From contig DASYBO010000363.1 of assembly GCA_036500685.1 (NCBI GenBank), positions 1 through 60,298 on the forward strand: a DNA stretch of 60,298 nucleotides, given 5' to 3'. This document shows, in pieces, positions 18,242 through 26,984 of the stretch (the stretch's first letter is position 1; each line of letters starts with the position of its first letter). The DNA is from Pseudonocardiaceae bacterium (GTDB lineage: Bacteria > Actinomycetota > Actinomycetes > Mycobacteriales > Pseudonocardiaceae). The notes under the pieces are model-generated. The model saw only the letters and a list, made by a program, of their open reading frames with translations. It did no database searches and had not been told where the DNA came from. The translations under genes and the position numbers were made by a program.

Positions 18242-20722
18242 ATGGCCGCAGTTGCGAGCTCCGACGGTAACTCGAGTGCCGGCCTGCTCGGGCAGACCAT
18301 CCTCAACGAGCTGACGCCGCCTGCCGACGTGCACACCGATGACACCGGCCAGAACCGGTTGAAGAAGGTGCAGCCGGTCATCGACGCGTTGCAGAGCCTC
18401 GCGCCGCTCTACGACAAGTGGAAGACGTGCGCGGTCTCCAAGAACATGACCGCCAGCGCGGGCTGCTGGAACGACCAGGACAGCTACCTGCACCAGGGCT
18501 CGGGAGTCGAGTCGAAGCAGTTGCCCCCACTGGCAACCATCAACTTCGGCGCGATCTACAGCCCGTACTCGCGGATGAACCAGATGCACTCGGCGGGGCA
18601 GGCACTGCAGACCATCGCGTCCTCGGCGGCGAGCGACCTGCCGCACTACTGGACCGGCCAATCCGCCGACGCGGCCACGACCAAACTGGGCGACCTGCAG
18701 TACGGCAGCCAGGAATACGTCCAGACGCTGGAAAGCCTCAGCCCGCACGTCCAGGGCCTGTACACGACGTTGACCAACGCCGTGCAGAAGCTCGCCGACT
18801 TCGCTGACACGGCCGATGGCAAGGCGATCATCCAGGCCCAGAAGGACAACACCGGCAAGGGCCAGGATCTCGGCCACGACATGACCGCCGACGCGGTCAA
18901 CAGCTACATCGACCAGTTGAACCTGGCTGTCCAGTTCGGCCTCTACTACGGCTGGAACCCCGAGCCGGCCTCGGACTCCGGCAGTTCCGACGCCACGGTC
19001 AGTGCCGCACAGTTGCGCAATCCGGGGATCTGCGAACTCGACGGTGGCCATGGCAGCTGGTGGAGCGACCAGGCGTCCAGCTGGCTCGACAAGTTCGGCG
19101 ACATCTACCACTCCGCGATCGCGGCGTTCCGCACCCAGATCACCGCCAGCTACAACGCGGTCGATCAGGGCCTCGGCGACTTCACCTCGCAGATCTCCAG
19201 CATCCCCACCGACCCGTTCGGCAAGCTCCAGGCCCCCGGCACCCCGCCGCCTCCCGCCCAGACCAGCAACGGCAACACCAACGGCAACAGCAACACCGGG
19301 GGAAGCAAGACCGGCGGCACTGGTCCGTCCAGCAGTGGCGGCACCTCGGCGTCCAGCTACACCCCGCCGCCGACCAGCCCGTCGCCGACCGGGAAGGGCC
19401 CTGGCGCGCCGACCATTCCGGTGCAGTCCACTCCGCCCGGCGGCAACACCCCTACGCCGATCCCGCCGATTACGCCCGGCAACCCGGTCGGCAGCCCGCC
19501 CGGCACGCCCGTTGGTAACCCCGTCGGCACCCCCGTTGGCGCTCCTGTTGGTACGACCACGACGCAGAGCACGCCCGAATCGATGACGGTGCAGAGCGGC
19601 AACAACCAGATCAGCATGACCAGCCCGGACAGCCAGGGCAACGTGAAGCTGAGCGTGAACAACGGCAGCGGCACGCAGAGCTACAACATCGGGTTCGGGC
19701 AGGGCACCGGCACTCCTGTTGGCGGGTACGCCATTCCCGCCGGCGCTGCCGGTGGACCAGGCGCCATCCCGCCCGGCGCGCCGGGAGCGATCCCGGCCGG
19801 TGGGCCGGGCGCCATCCCGGCCGGCGGGGTAGGCCCGAGCGGCGCCATTGGTACGCCCGGCCAGATCGCCGGACAGGGCGCGCAGCAGATCACCCCCGGC
19901 GCCAACGGCACCGCGGTGATCCACGACGGCAACCTGACCATCACGGCCACCGAGCCCCATGGCCCACACGGCCCGGTGCAGGTGACGGTGGACGACGGCA
20001 GCGGTCACCCGTCGACCTACACCCTCAACCCTGGTTCGAGCGCGGCAGGCGGTCCGCCGATGCAGCCACTGACCGGCACCTCCCCGTCCGGCACTCCCGA
20101 TCCGGGCGGCTACGGGACTCCTGGCGGCCAGCCGTACAGCGGAACGCCGATGCAGGGGCAGCCCGGCTCCGCCTACCCCGGTGCGGCCGGTACGCCCTAC
20201 GACCCGTCGGCCGCAGCTGCGGCGTCCCACCAACAACCCGCCCCTGGCGGCACCCAGTCGGCGTCCTGGCTTCCGCCTGCCACCGATCCGAGCCAACACC
20301 TGGCCCAGCACGTGGGCGGCGGCGTCGGCGGCGGTGGCGGGGGCGGGGGCGGCGCGGCGGCGATGCACTCGCACGCCAGCCTTGGCGGTGCCGTTGGTGG
20401 CGCGGTCGGCGCTGCTGGCGATCACACCAGCGGTCTGGCCAGCGCTCCCGGTGAGGTTTCCGGTGTCGGCCTGGCCAACACCAACGTGACCAGCCCCGGC
20501 GCGCCGGGCGGCGCGGGCATGGCAGGCGCGCCCGGTGCGGCCGGTGGCCAGCCCGCTTCGGGCGGCATGCCGATGATGGGTGGAATGGGTGGTATGGGCG
20601 GCTCTCAGGGCGGCGGTGACCAGGAGCGCGGCGCGAGCCAGTGGCGAGTGCGCGGGGACCTGTTCGGCGACGCGAACGGGCAACTTGATGTTCCTCGGGT
20701 GATCGGTGAGGACGAGCAGTGA
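18242..20722 (+). CDS. WXG100/PPE-like T7SS substrate with Pro/Gly-rich C-terminus (826 aa)
   Basis: 'YWTGQSADAA' WxG in a helical N-domain; P/G-rich linker; 'GGMPMMGGMGGMGG...GDQER...DLFG...PRVIGE' tail typical of actinomycete PPE/EspB-like proteins. Confidence 0.75.
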   Translation: MAAVASSDGNSSAGLLGQTILNELTPPADVHTDDTGQNRLKKVQPVIDALQSLAPLYDKWKTCAVSKNMTASAGCWNDQDSYLHQGSGVESKQLPPLATINFGAIYSPYSRMNQMHSAGQALQTIASSAASDLPHYWTGQSADAATTKLGDLQYGSQEYVQTLESLSPHVQGLYTTLTNAVQKLADFADTADGKAIIQAQKDNTGKGQDLGHDMTADAVNSYIDQLNLAVQFGLYYGWNPEPASDSGSSDATVSAAQLRNPGICELDGGHGSWWSDQASSWLDKFGDIYHSAIAAFRTQITASYNAVDQGLGDFTSQISSIPTDPFGKLQAPGTPPPPAQTSNGNTNGNSNTGGSKTGGTGPSSSGGTSASSYTPPPTSPSPTGKGPGAPTIPVQSTPPGGNTPTPIPPITPGNPVGSPPGTPVGNPVGTPVGAPVGTTTTQSTPESMTVQSGNNQISMTSPDSQGNVKLSVNNGSGTQSYNIGFGQGTGTPVGGYAIPAGAAGGPGAIPPGAPGAIPAGGPGAIPAGGVGPSGAIGTPGQIAGQGAQQITPGANGTAVIHDGNLTITATEPHGPHGPVQVTVDDGSGHPSTYTLNPGSSAAGGPPMQPLTGTSPSGTPDPGGYGTPGGQPYSGTPMQGQPGSAYPGAAGTPYDPSAAAAASHQQPAPGGTQSASWLPPATDPSQHLAQHVGGGVGGGGGGGGGAAAMHSHASLGGAVGGAVGAAGDHTSGLASAPGEVSGVGLANTNVTSPGAPGGAGMAGAPGAAGGQPASGGMPMMGGMGGMGGSQGGGDQERGASQWRVRGDLFGDANGQLDVPRVIGEDEQ
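19478..19830 (+). repeat. Coding low-complexity repeats (G-x-P-V)n and (G-x-PGAIP)n
   Basis: GNPVGSPPGTPVGNPVGTPVGAPVG and GGPGAIPPGAPGAIPAGGPGAIPAGG, flanking the first small beta-rich module. Confidence 0.7.
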
Positions 20723-21234
20723 TCGACGAGAACAGCCCGGAGATGCAGCGGGCCCTCGCGCCCTACCACGACTCGGTCGCGCAGTTCAACCGCCAGGTCG
20801 CCGACCGCAACGCCGAAGCCGAAGAGGCACACGCCAAGCGGGAGAAGGAGTTCGCGGAGACCACCAGTCGTCAACGGGCCGAGCTGGGTCAGATCCTCGC
20901 GGAACGGGACGCAAAGCGGAAGCAGGACCAGGCCGGTCAGGCGCGGAATCCGAACGACGCGTGGCGATCATCGTCGCGTGAGCCCGTTCAGGACCTTCAG
21001 TTCGGGCTGGAAGGGGAGGACGAGTACGCCCAGCAGCCCTATCAAGGCTATTCGCAGCCCGCAGTTCCCTCCGCGCCCAGCGACCCGTGGTCGGTGCCCG
21101 TCGCGAACGATCCCTGGTCGGCGCCGCAGCCCACACCGCAGCCGCAGGCTCCGCCGTCACGTCCGCCCGCTCGGCACCAGCGGTCGTCGGGTTACGACGA
21201 TGACGACATGTCGAACGAGAGCTGGCTTCAGTAA
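20719..21234 (+). CDS. Hypothetical coiled-coil/Pro-rich protein ending DDDDMSNESWLQ (T7SS-cassette associated)
   Basis: GTG overlaps the previous stop; charged helical N-half, Pro-rich C-half. Confidence 0.75.
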   Translation: MIDENSPEMQRALAPYHDSVAQFNRQVADRNAEAEEAHAKREKEFAETTSRQRAELGQILAERDAKRKQDQAGQARNPNDAWRSSSREPVQDLQFGLEGEDEYAQQPYQGYSQPAVPSAPSDPWSVPVANDPWSAPQPTPQPQAPPSRPPARHQRSSGYDDDDMSNESWLQ

Positions 21235-21237
21235 AGC

Positions 21238-21271
21238 GAAAGGTCGCTCCGATGATTCGGAGCGACCTTTC
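21238..21271. terminator. Bidirectional intrinsic terminator
   Basis: Perfect 15-bp stem GAAAGGTCGCTCCGA-tgat-TCGGAGCGACCTTTC between convergent genes. Confidence 0.85.
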
Positions 21272-21282
21272 CCTTGCTCGCC

Positions 21283-22020
21283 TTACGGTCCCGGCGGCTG
21301 TTGCGGGTAGCCAGGCGGTGGCGGTGGTGGGAATTGCTGTTGCGGATAGCCGGGTGGTTGCTGCTGTGGCGGAAAAGGTGGCTGCTGGGCCGGGAAACCG
21401 GGTTGCGGCGGGAATTGCTGCGGTGGGATCGGTTGTCCCTGCGGGTAGAACTGCCCGGGTGGTCCCATCGGTTGTCCCGGCGCGAATGGTGCGGCTGCCG
21501 GACTGGCCGGGAGAGCATTGGTAGCGGCCACCACTATGCACACAACCAGCGTCGCGATCGCCAGGACTCCGGTGATGATCCGCGCGAACGCGAAGCTGAA
21601 GAACACCACGACGGCGATGTCCAGGACCGCACCGGCGATCGCCACAAACAGGCCGGGTCGCCGTTTCATCAGCAACAGCACCGCGCCGACCGCCAGCAGC
21701 ACGATGACGATCGCGTAGCCGGGGATTTCCAGGACGAACGGAAAGCGGGTGTGAAAGCGCAGTCTGAACTGGGTCAGCCTGAACACCACGTTGGAGACCA
21801 GGGTGAGCAGCGCCAGAACGGCCGCGATGATGGCCAGTGCGGGGTTTCCTGGCCGTTGACCGCCGGGCTGACCTGGGCCCATGGGGTACTGACCCGGCGG
21901 AGGGCCCATCGGCATCGGGCCGGGCTGGCCCATCGGCTGTTGGGCCGGATACCCCGGTGGTGGTGGCGGGTAGCCCGGTGGTTGGTTGGGGTTCCAGCCT
22001 GGCGGTGGGCCGTAGGTCAT
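21283..22020 (-). CDS. Pro/Gln-rich 4-TM membrane protein
   Basis: MTYGPPPG start; P/G/Q-rich termini flanking four hydrophobic segments. Confidence 0.8.
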   Translation of the reverse strand: MTYGPPPGWNPNQPPGYPPPPPGYPAQQPMGQPGPMPMGPPPGQYPMGPGQPGGQRPGNPALAIIAAVLALLTLVSNVVFRLTQFRLRFHTRFPFVLEIPGYAIVIVLLAVGAVLLLMKRRPGLFVAIAGAVLDIAVVVFFSFAFARIITGVLAIATLVVCIVVAATNALPASPAAAPFAPGQPMGPPGQFYPQGQPIPPQQFPPQPGFPAQQPPFPPQQQPPGYPQQQFPPPPPPGYPQQPPGP

Positions 22021-22102
22021 GGTTGGACGATACCGGGCCTGGCATCTTGCCGCGCGGATCGCCGAGGAGGACGGATCCGGGCATGTGGTCGTTGCGCGGT
22101 GA

Positions 22103-22132
22103 TGGTCGTGCCCTCCCGAAGGGAGCACGACC
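22103..22132 (-). terminator. Hairpin downstream of the S53-ricin gene
   Basis: TGGTCGTG(cc)CTCCC-gaa-GGGAG-CACGACCA. Confidence 0.55.
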
Positions 22133-22147
22133 ACCATCGTCCGCCTG

Positions 22148-23728
22148 TCAGGGCAGGTGCCACTGCTGGGCGTTCGTGCCGTTGCAGTCCCAAATCTGCA
22201 AGTGGGTTCCCTCGGTCGTCGACGAATTCGGGTCGTCGAGGCACTTGCCGGACTGCGGGTTCAACAGCGAACCGTTGGACTGCGGGACGAACACCTGCGA
22301 ACCGGTGCCGTTGCAGTCGTAGAGATCCACGGTGGTGCCGTCGGCGGTGCCACCGCTGTTGATGTCCATGCACTTGCCGAGTACGTGCAGCGTGTTGTCC
22401 GCGACAACGGTCCACTGTTGGGCGGCGGTGTTGTCGCAGTTCCAGATCTGGATCGGGTTGAAGTTCGTGGTGTTGCTCGCGCTGTCGTCGACGCACAGTC
22501 CCGAGTAGCCGGTGATCACGCCGGTCGAACCGCTCTGCGTCGTGCCACCGAAGGCGCCGAGGCCGTTCGGCGTGCCGAGGCCGGTGGGTCCGTCGTAGCC
22601 AGGGCCTGCCGTGCACAGGTAGGACGGGCTGCAACTGCCGTCCGAGCCCGACGTCACGTCGTTCAGGCTGCCGGGGTTGGCGTAGAGGGAGCTGGCGGGA
22701 CTGCTCGCCGGGCTCGCGGCGAGCGCGTAGGTGGACGCGATGATCGGGGAGGACGCGCTGGTGCCACCGACCACGAACCAGCCGCCCTGGCCGTAGGTGT
22801 CGTACACGGCGACCCCGGTGCCGGGGTCGGCGACGGCCGAGACGTCGCCAACGGTGCGGTTGCCGCCACAGCCGGAGTCCGTCTGCCACGACGGTTTCGA
22901 TTCCCACGAGGAACAGCCCGCGCCCGACCCGGACCAGGCCGTCTCCGACCAGCCGCGCGAGGAGGACGTGTCGCGGTTGAGCGAGGTACCGCCCGCGGCG
23001 ACAACGTATTTGGAGGTGGCCGGGAAGCTCACGCCGTAGCCGCCGTCACCGGTACTGGCCACGTCCACGACACCGGCGTGGTTGTAGTCGGCGTCCGCGC
23101 CGGCATCGCCCGAGCCGTCGCCGGTGCCCCAGCTGTTGGACAGGTAGTGCGCGCCAAGGGAAACCGCGGTGTTCTGCGCCGCGTTCAGGTCGCCCGCCTC
23201 GACGACGACAATGCCGCACTTCGGACAGATCGCGGAGATCATGTCGACATCGAGGGATGCCTCGGTGCCCCAACCGGTGTCGCCGGGCGGATAGTTGCCC
23301 TGCTGACCGTCCTGGTTGACCTTGCGGAAGCACCCGTTGGCCGTTGTGCACGCGGGCAGGCCGAACTGCGCGCGATAGGTGGCCAGATCGGATTCCAGAT
23401 TCGGATTGTCCGCCAATTCCATGACCGCGACGGTCTGACCGGAACCGGCAGTGGACGATGGCAGGTTGTAGGCGCTCTGCAGATCGGACGGTCCGTAGCC
23501 GGAGGGCGCTTGGTTGGCGCGCAAGGCGTTGGCGCGCAACGGGATGATGTCGGTGCGGATCAGCGTGTAACACACGGGTGCGCCAGGGCGCAGTGGTGTG
23601 CCGCAGGCGTGCTTGGTCTGCGCGTGACTGGCCGTGGAGGGTGTCGCGACCGTCGCAGCGGCCGGTAACACGGCGCTGACGCCGAATAATGTGCCTAACG
23701 CGACGATTGCGGTGAGCAGACGTCTCAT
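22148..23728 (-). CDS. Secreted S53 (sedolisin-like) peptidase with C-terminal ricin-B lectin domain
   Basis: AAGGAG RBS; signal peptide; E-x3-D 'TEASLD', 'STGDGG', 'GGTSASSP', 'GYDGPTGLGTP'; QxW repeats (QQW, QVF, QQW). Confidence 0.92.
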   Translation of the reverse strand: MRRLLTAIVALGTLFGVSAVLPAAATVATPSTASHAQTKHACGTPLRPGAPVCYTLIRTDIIPLRANALRANQAPSGYGPSDLQSAYNLPSSTAGSGQTVAVMELADNPNLESDLATYRAQFGLPACTTANGCFRKVNQDGQQGNYPPGDTGWGTEASLDVDMISAICPKCGIVVVEAGDLNAAQNTAVSLGAHYLSNSWGTGDGSGDAGADADYNHAGVVDVASTGDGGYGVSFPATSKYVVAAGGTSLNRDTSSSRGWSETAWSGSGAGCSSWESKPSWQTDSGCGGNRTVGDVSAVADPGTGVAVYDTYGQGGWFVVGGTSASSPIIASTYALAASPASSPASSLYANPGSLNDVTSGSDGSCSPSYLCTAGPGYDGPTGLGTPNGLGAFGGTTQSGSTGVITGYSGLCVDDSASNTTNFNPIQIWNCDNTAAQQWTVVADNTLHVLGKCMDINSGGTADGTTVDLYDCNGTGSQVFVPQSNGSLLNPQSGKCLDDPNSSTTEGTHLQIWDCNGTNAQQWHLP

Positions 23729-23832
23729 GTCTTCTCCTTTTCGGGTTCGGCGGTTCAGATATAACAGCTGCCGAGATGCTGTCCTAGTTGACAGAGTGGA
23801 CAGGCCATTCACATTTACCGGCCGAACCCGAA

Positions 23833-23848
23833 ACTGGTACAGACCAGT
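23833..23848. promoter_or_regulatory. DasR-responsive element (dre)-like site
   Basis: ACTGGTACAGACCAGT, 14/16 to the palindrome ACTGGTCTAGACCAGT; lies between the divergent S53 and MarR genes. Confidence 0.7.
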
Positions 23849-23884
23849 GAGCGGACCACGTGGCGAGTTGGTTAACCTGGTGAG

Positions 23885-24331
23885 GTGGGCAAGCAGGGTG
23901 ATGGCGAGATCGGGGTGGTTGCCGGGTTGGTGCGGTCCTCCTTCCTGGTCAACGCCGTGTATGCCGAGTCAGGCCGGGAACATGGCCTGACTCCGCAGCA
24001 GGGGCAGTTGCTGTGCGTGTTGATGGCGCAGCCGTACGGGATGACCGAACTCGGTTCGGTTCTGGGGCTGGCCAAGTCGAGCCTGACCGGACTCGTTGAC
24101 CGCACCGAGCGCAACGGCCTTGTCCGGCGAGAGCCGGATCCGCAGGACGCGCGTGCGGTGCGGATCGTGCTCACGGCGCGCGGCGCCAAGCTCGCCGAGG
24201 AGTTCTATGCCGAGACCTGCGTCCGGGTGGACAGGTTGACGGTGGGGCTGAGCCCGGCGGAGCGGAAGGTGCTGGCCGGGTTGCTGGGCCGGATCGTGTT
24301 CGCCAATGAGGTGCCCAAGGTCTTTTTGTAG
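23885..24331 (+). CDS. MarR-family regulator
   Basis: 'GLTPQQGQLL', 'KSSLTGLVDR', 'DPQDARAVRIVLTARG'. Confidence 0.92.
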   Translation: MGKQGDGEIGVVAGLVRSSFLVNAVYAESGREHGLTPQQGQLLCVLMAQPYGMTELGSVLGLAKSSLTGLVDRTERNGLVRREPDPQDARAVRIVLTARGAKLAEEFYAETCVRVDRLTVGLSPAERKVLAGLLGRIVFANEVPKVFL

Positions 24332-24339
24332 CCCGAGAC

Positions 24340-24382
24340 TTGCAGTTCGTGCCACGAACTAATATGGTTAGTGGCACGAACT
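24340..24382 (+). promoter_or_regulatory. Sigma70-type promoter overlapped by two MarR-like palindromes
   Basis: TTGCAG-N17-TATGGT; AGTTCGT-gcc-ACGAACT (24344-24360) and GGTTAGT-ggc-ACGAACT (24366-24382). Confidence 0.7.
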
Positions 24383-24409
24383 TGTAATCTTGTCGACGGG
24401 GGGAGAACC

Positions 24410-25324
24410 TTGCCAACGCCAGAAGTCGTCTTCGGATTCGGTGCGCACAGCGTCATCGACGAAGGCGCCGAGTTGCTCGACCTGACCGCGCAGGCCGACC
24501 GCGACGGCCTCGATGTCTTCTCGTTGTCGGATCATCCATATCTTGGCGAGCGCCTCGACGCCTACGCCACGCTCGGCTTCATCCTCGGTCGCACGCGAGT
24601 GCTGGCCGGCTTCGTCAACGTGACCAATCTGCCGACCAGGCCGCCCGCCATGCTGGCCCGAACCGTGACGACGCTGGCCGCGCTCTCCGGCGGTCGGATC
24701 GTGCTCGGTATGGGTGCGGGCGGGCGGTGGGACCGGATCGCCGATATGGGCGTGGCGCCGCTGTCGGCCGGCGACGCGGTGGATGCCTTCGAGGAAGCCA
24801 TTGTGCTGGTCAAGAAGCTCTCCGGCGGCGGGCCGCCGATCACCCACCAGGGCCGGCACTACTCGGTGCGCGAGATCGCGCCCGCTCCGGTCGCCGCACC
24901 GCCGGTGTGGACCGGGTCGGTCGGCCGCAAGTCGCTGGCCGCCACCGGACGAGTCGCCGACGGCTGGATCCCCGGCCACGCGGCCGACTGGCTCAGCGAG
25001 CCGTATCGGACGTCGCGGGCGATCATCGACGACGCGGCCACCGAGGTGGGACGTGACTCTCGTGATGTCCGCACGATTTTCAACTTTCCCGGACGGATCA
25101 CCGATCGTCCGCTGGCCGCGACCCGGGACGATTCGGGTCGCTGGATCGGTGGGTCGGTCGATCAGTGGGTGGACGAGCTGACCGGGGCCGTCATCGACCA
25201 CGGTGCGGCCGGATTCATGCTGTTCTCGCCTCCCGGCGGAACGCCGGACATCGTGTCGCTGGGCCGTTGGGGGAGCGACATCGCGCCCGCCGTGCGCGAA
25301 GCGGTCGCGAAACACACGGCTTAG
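24410..25324 (+). CDS. LLM-class flavin-dependent oxidoreductase
   Basis: 'SDHPY', 'RPPAMLAR', 'LSGGRIVLGMGAG', 'ADGWIP'; probable TTG start after GGGAG. Confidence 0.88.
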   Translation: MPTPEVVFGFGAHSVIDEGAELLDLTAQADRDGLDVFSLSDHPYLGERLDAYATLGFILGRTRVLAGFVNVTNLPTRPPAMLARTVTTLAALSGGRIVLGMGAGGRWDRIADMGVAPLSAGDAVDAFEEAIVLVKKLSGGGPPITHQGRHYSVREIAPAPVAAPPVWTGSVGRKSLAATGRVADGWIPGHAADWLSEPYRTSRAIIDDAATEVGRDSRDVRTIFNFPGRITDRPLAATRDDSGRWIGGSVDQWVDELTGAVIDHGAAGFMLFSPPGGTPDIVSLGRWGSDIAPAVREAVAKHTA

Positions 25325-26397
25325 CGGCCGCCGTGTTCTTCGGGGATCGGTTCCTCGTGGACGGGTTCGTCGTGGGCGCCGCAACTGGGGCACGTGGCCT
25401 GCTGCTGCTCGACGGTCACGGTCTGGTGCTCCGCGCTGACCGCCGCCCCGATCGCGGCGTCGGCCTGTTCGGGGACGGCCAGCACGCGCAGCGCCCGCAG
25501 CGTGTTCCACCGGCTGGGTTCGCCATCGCCGTCGTCCATGGCGAAATGCACCGCGCCGCGATGCATGTTCTCCAGCAGCCATGTGCCGTCGGGCTGTTGC
25601 TTGGACCGCACCAGATCGATCGCCTCGGCCAGCCGAGGATCGGATTCGGTTGCCGCGACACGGAAGTAGTCCAACGCGCGCAGCACGTCGTAGTGCCACC
25701 AGGTCGGAAACGAGAAGCGGAGCCAGCTCGGTTCGATGACCTCGCCCGTGCTCAGCCGCCGGAACAGCCTTCTGCGCAACAGATACTCCTCACCGCGCCG
25801 CCGCGCCGCGACGGATTCCGCGCTGCCGCCGGTGGCTTGCTCGTGTTCGAGCAGCCCTTCGAGTACGCAGATCGTCGAGTGGAACGACGAACGCACCGAC
25901 CCGTTCTCGGCCGCGCAGTTCCAGCCGCCGTCCGCGAGCTGTTCGCCGATCAGCCGCGTCACGACACCGTCGACGCCCACACCGAAATAGGCGCCGACCG
26001 CCACGGTCCGCCCGTTGATGCAGGGCTCGACCTCACCGGCGAAGAACGGCTGCCCGGCATGTTCCCAGCGACAATTCTCCCGCACCAGCCGCACGGCCTC
26101 GTGAACCTGCTGAGCTGCGGGGTCGACGCCAAGATCGCGCAGCAGCGTCAACGTCGGCAGGGTCGAGGTCCAGGGCTGGCCGGTGGAGAAATCACCGTTG
26201 AAGTCGGCGGGAAAGCACGCGCCACCGGCCCATTGACCGTCCTCGTCACGCAACGCGAGCAATCGCGCGCCCCAACCTTCGACCGCTGTTCGCGCACGCT
26301 CGGTAGCCACGTCGGCCTGCGACGCGTCGGTCAGGTCCCGCAGCACCTGCCAGCGCAGGCCGGGATCGGAATCGAGCAACCAGTCGACAACGTCCAC
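25321..26397 (-). CDS. Prenyltransferase/squalene-cyclase-repeat (alpha/alpha barrel) protein of unknown function
   Basis: 'DWLLDSDP..RWQV', 'EPCING', 'QLADGGWNC', 'WHYDVLRALDYF', 'KQQPDGTW', 'SRWNTLRALRVL'. Confidence 0.8.
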   Translation of the reverse strand: MDVVDWLLDSDPGLRWQVLRDLTDASQADVATERARTAVEGWGARLLALRDEDGQWAGGACFPADFNGDFSTGQPWTSTLPTLTLLRDLGVDPAAQQVHEAVRLVRENCRWEHAGQPFFAGEVEPCINGRTVAVGAYFGVGVDGVVTRLIGEQLADGGWNCAAENGSVRSSFHSTICVLEGLLEHEQATGGSAESVAARRRGEEYLLRRRLFRRLSTGEVIEPSWLRFSFPTWWHYDVLRALDYFRVAATESDPRLAEAIDLVRSKQQPDGTWLLENMHRGAVHFAMDDGDGEPSRWNTLRALRVLAVPEQADAAIGAAVSAEHQTVTVEQQQATCPSCGAHDEPVHEEPIPEEHGGR

Positions 26398-26421
26398 TCG
26401 CGAACCGTAACCGCTGGCGTC

Positions 26422-26446
26422 AAGGTGGTAACGCTGATCCCACCTT
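26422..26446. promoter_or_regulatory. Inverted repeat upstream of the cupin-esterase operon (possible XRE/MmyB operator)
   Basis: AAGGTGG-N11-CCACCTT. Confidence 0.35.
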
Positions 26447-26516
26447 TGGCTCTGGCGCCAGGCGCGCGGTCGACGAGACGATCAGGCCCGGTCCACCGCA
26501 GAAGGAGTTCAGTGCG

Positions 26517-26984
26517 ATGAGCATGGCCTACCTGGCCCAGCCCGAGGAACAACAGCAGCTGGAATGGCTCGACGGAGGCGTGTTCGCCGTTCTGCTGGAC
26601 AGCGCCGCGACCGACGGGCAGCTGACCGTCGGACGGTTCACGGTGAGCAAGGGTGAGGCCCCGCCCTACCACAAGCACACGCGGGAGGACGAGATCTTCC
26701 TGCTGATCAAGGGCACCGCACTGGTGTGGTGCGACGACCAGCGCTCGGAACTGGGCGAGGGCGGCGTGGTGTTCCTGCCCAGGAACGTCCCACATGGCTA
26801 CCGGATCACCTCCGACACCGCCGACCTGCTGATGATCTGCACGCCGGGCGGAATCGAGGGCATGTTCCGGCACGCGGGACGCGACCTGGCGACCCCGCGC
26901 CCCGACGGTTTCCAGATCACGCAGGAACGGATGGCCGAGGCCGCCGACATGTACGGCCAGGTCATCGTCGGACCGCCGCGATGA
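26517..26984 (+). CDS. Cupin-domain protein
   Basis: 'PPYHKHTREDE' and 'LPRNVPHGY' cupin motifs; AAGGAG RBS. Confidence 0.9.
   Translation: MSMAYLAQPEEQQQLEWLDGGVFAVLLDSAATDGQLTVGRFTVSKGEAPPYHKHTREDEIFLLIKGTALVWCDDQRSELGEGGVVFLPRNVPHGYRITSDTADLLMICTPGGIEGMFRHAGRDLATPRPDGFQITQERMAEAADMYGQVIVGPPR

Noticed and set aside
18242-22020. Polymorphic toxin-immunity pair
   Set aside because: No toxin motif at the C-terminus; the membrane protein gene is convergent behind a terminator, so it is not an operonic immunity gene.
25321-26397. Terpene (squalene-hopene) cyclase or a biosynthetic gene cluster
   Set aside because: About half the length of a squalene-hopene cyclase, no DxDD motif, and no prenyl-pathway neighbours.
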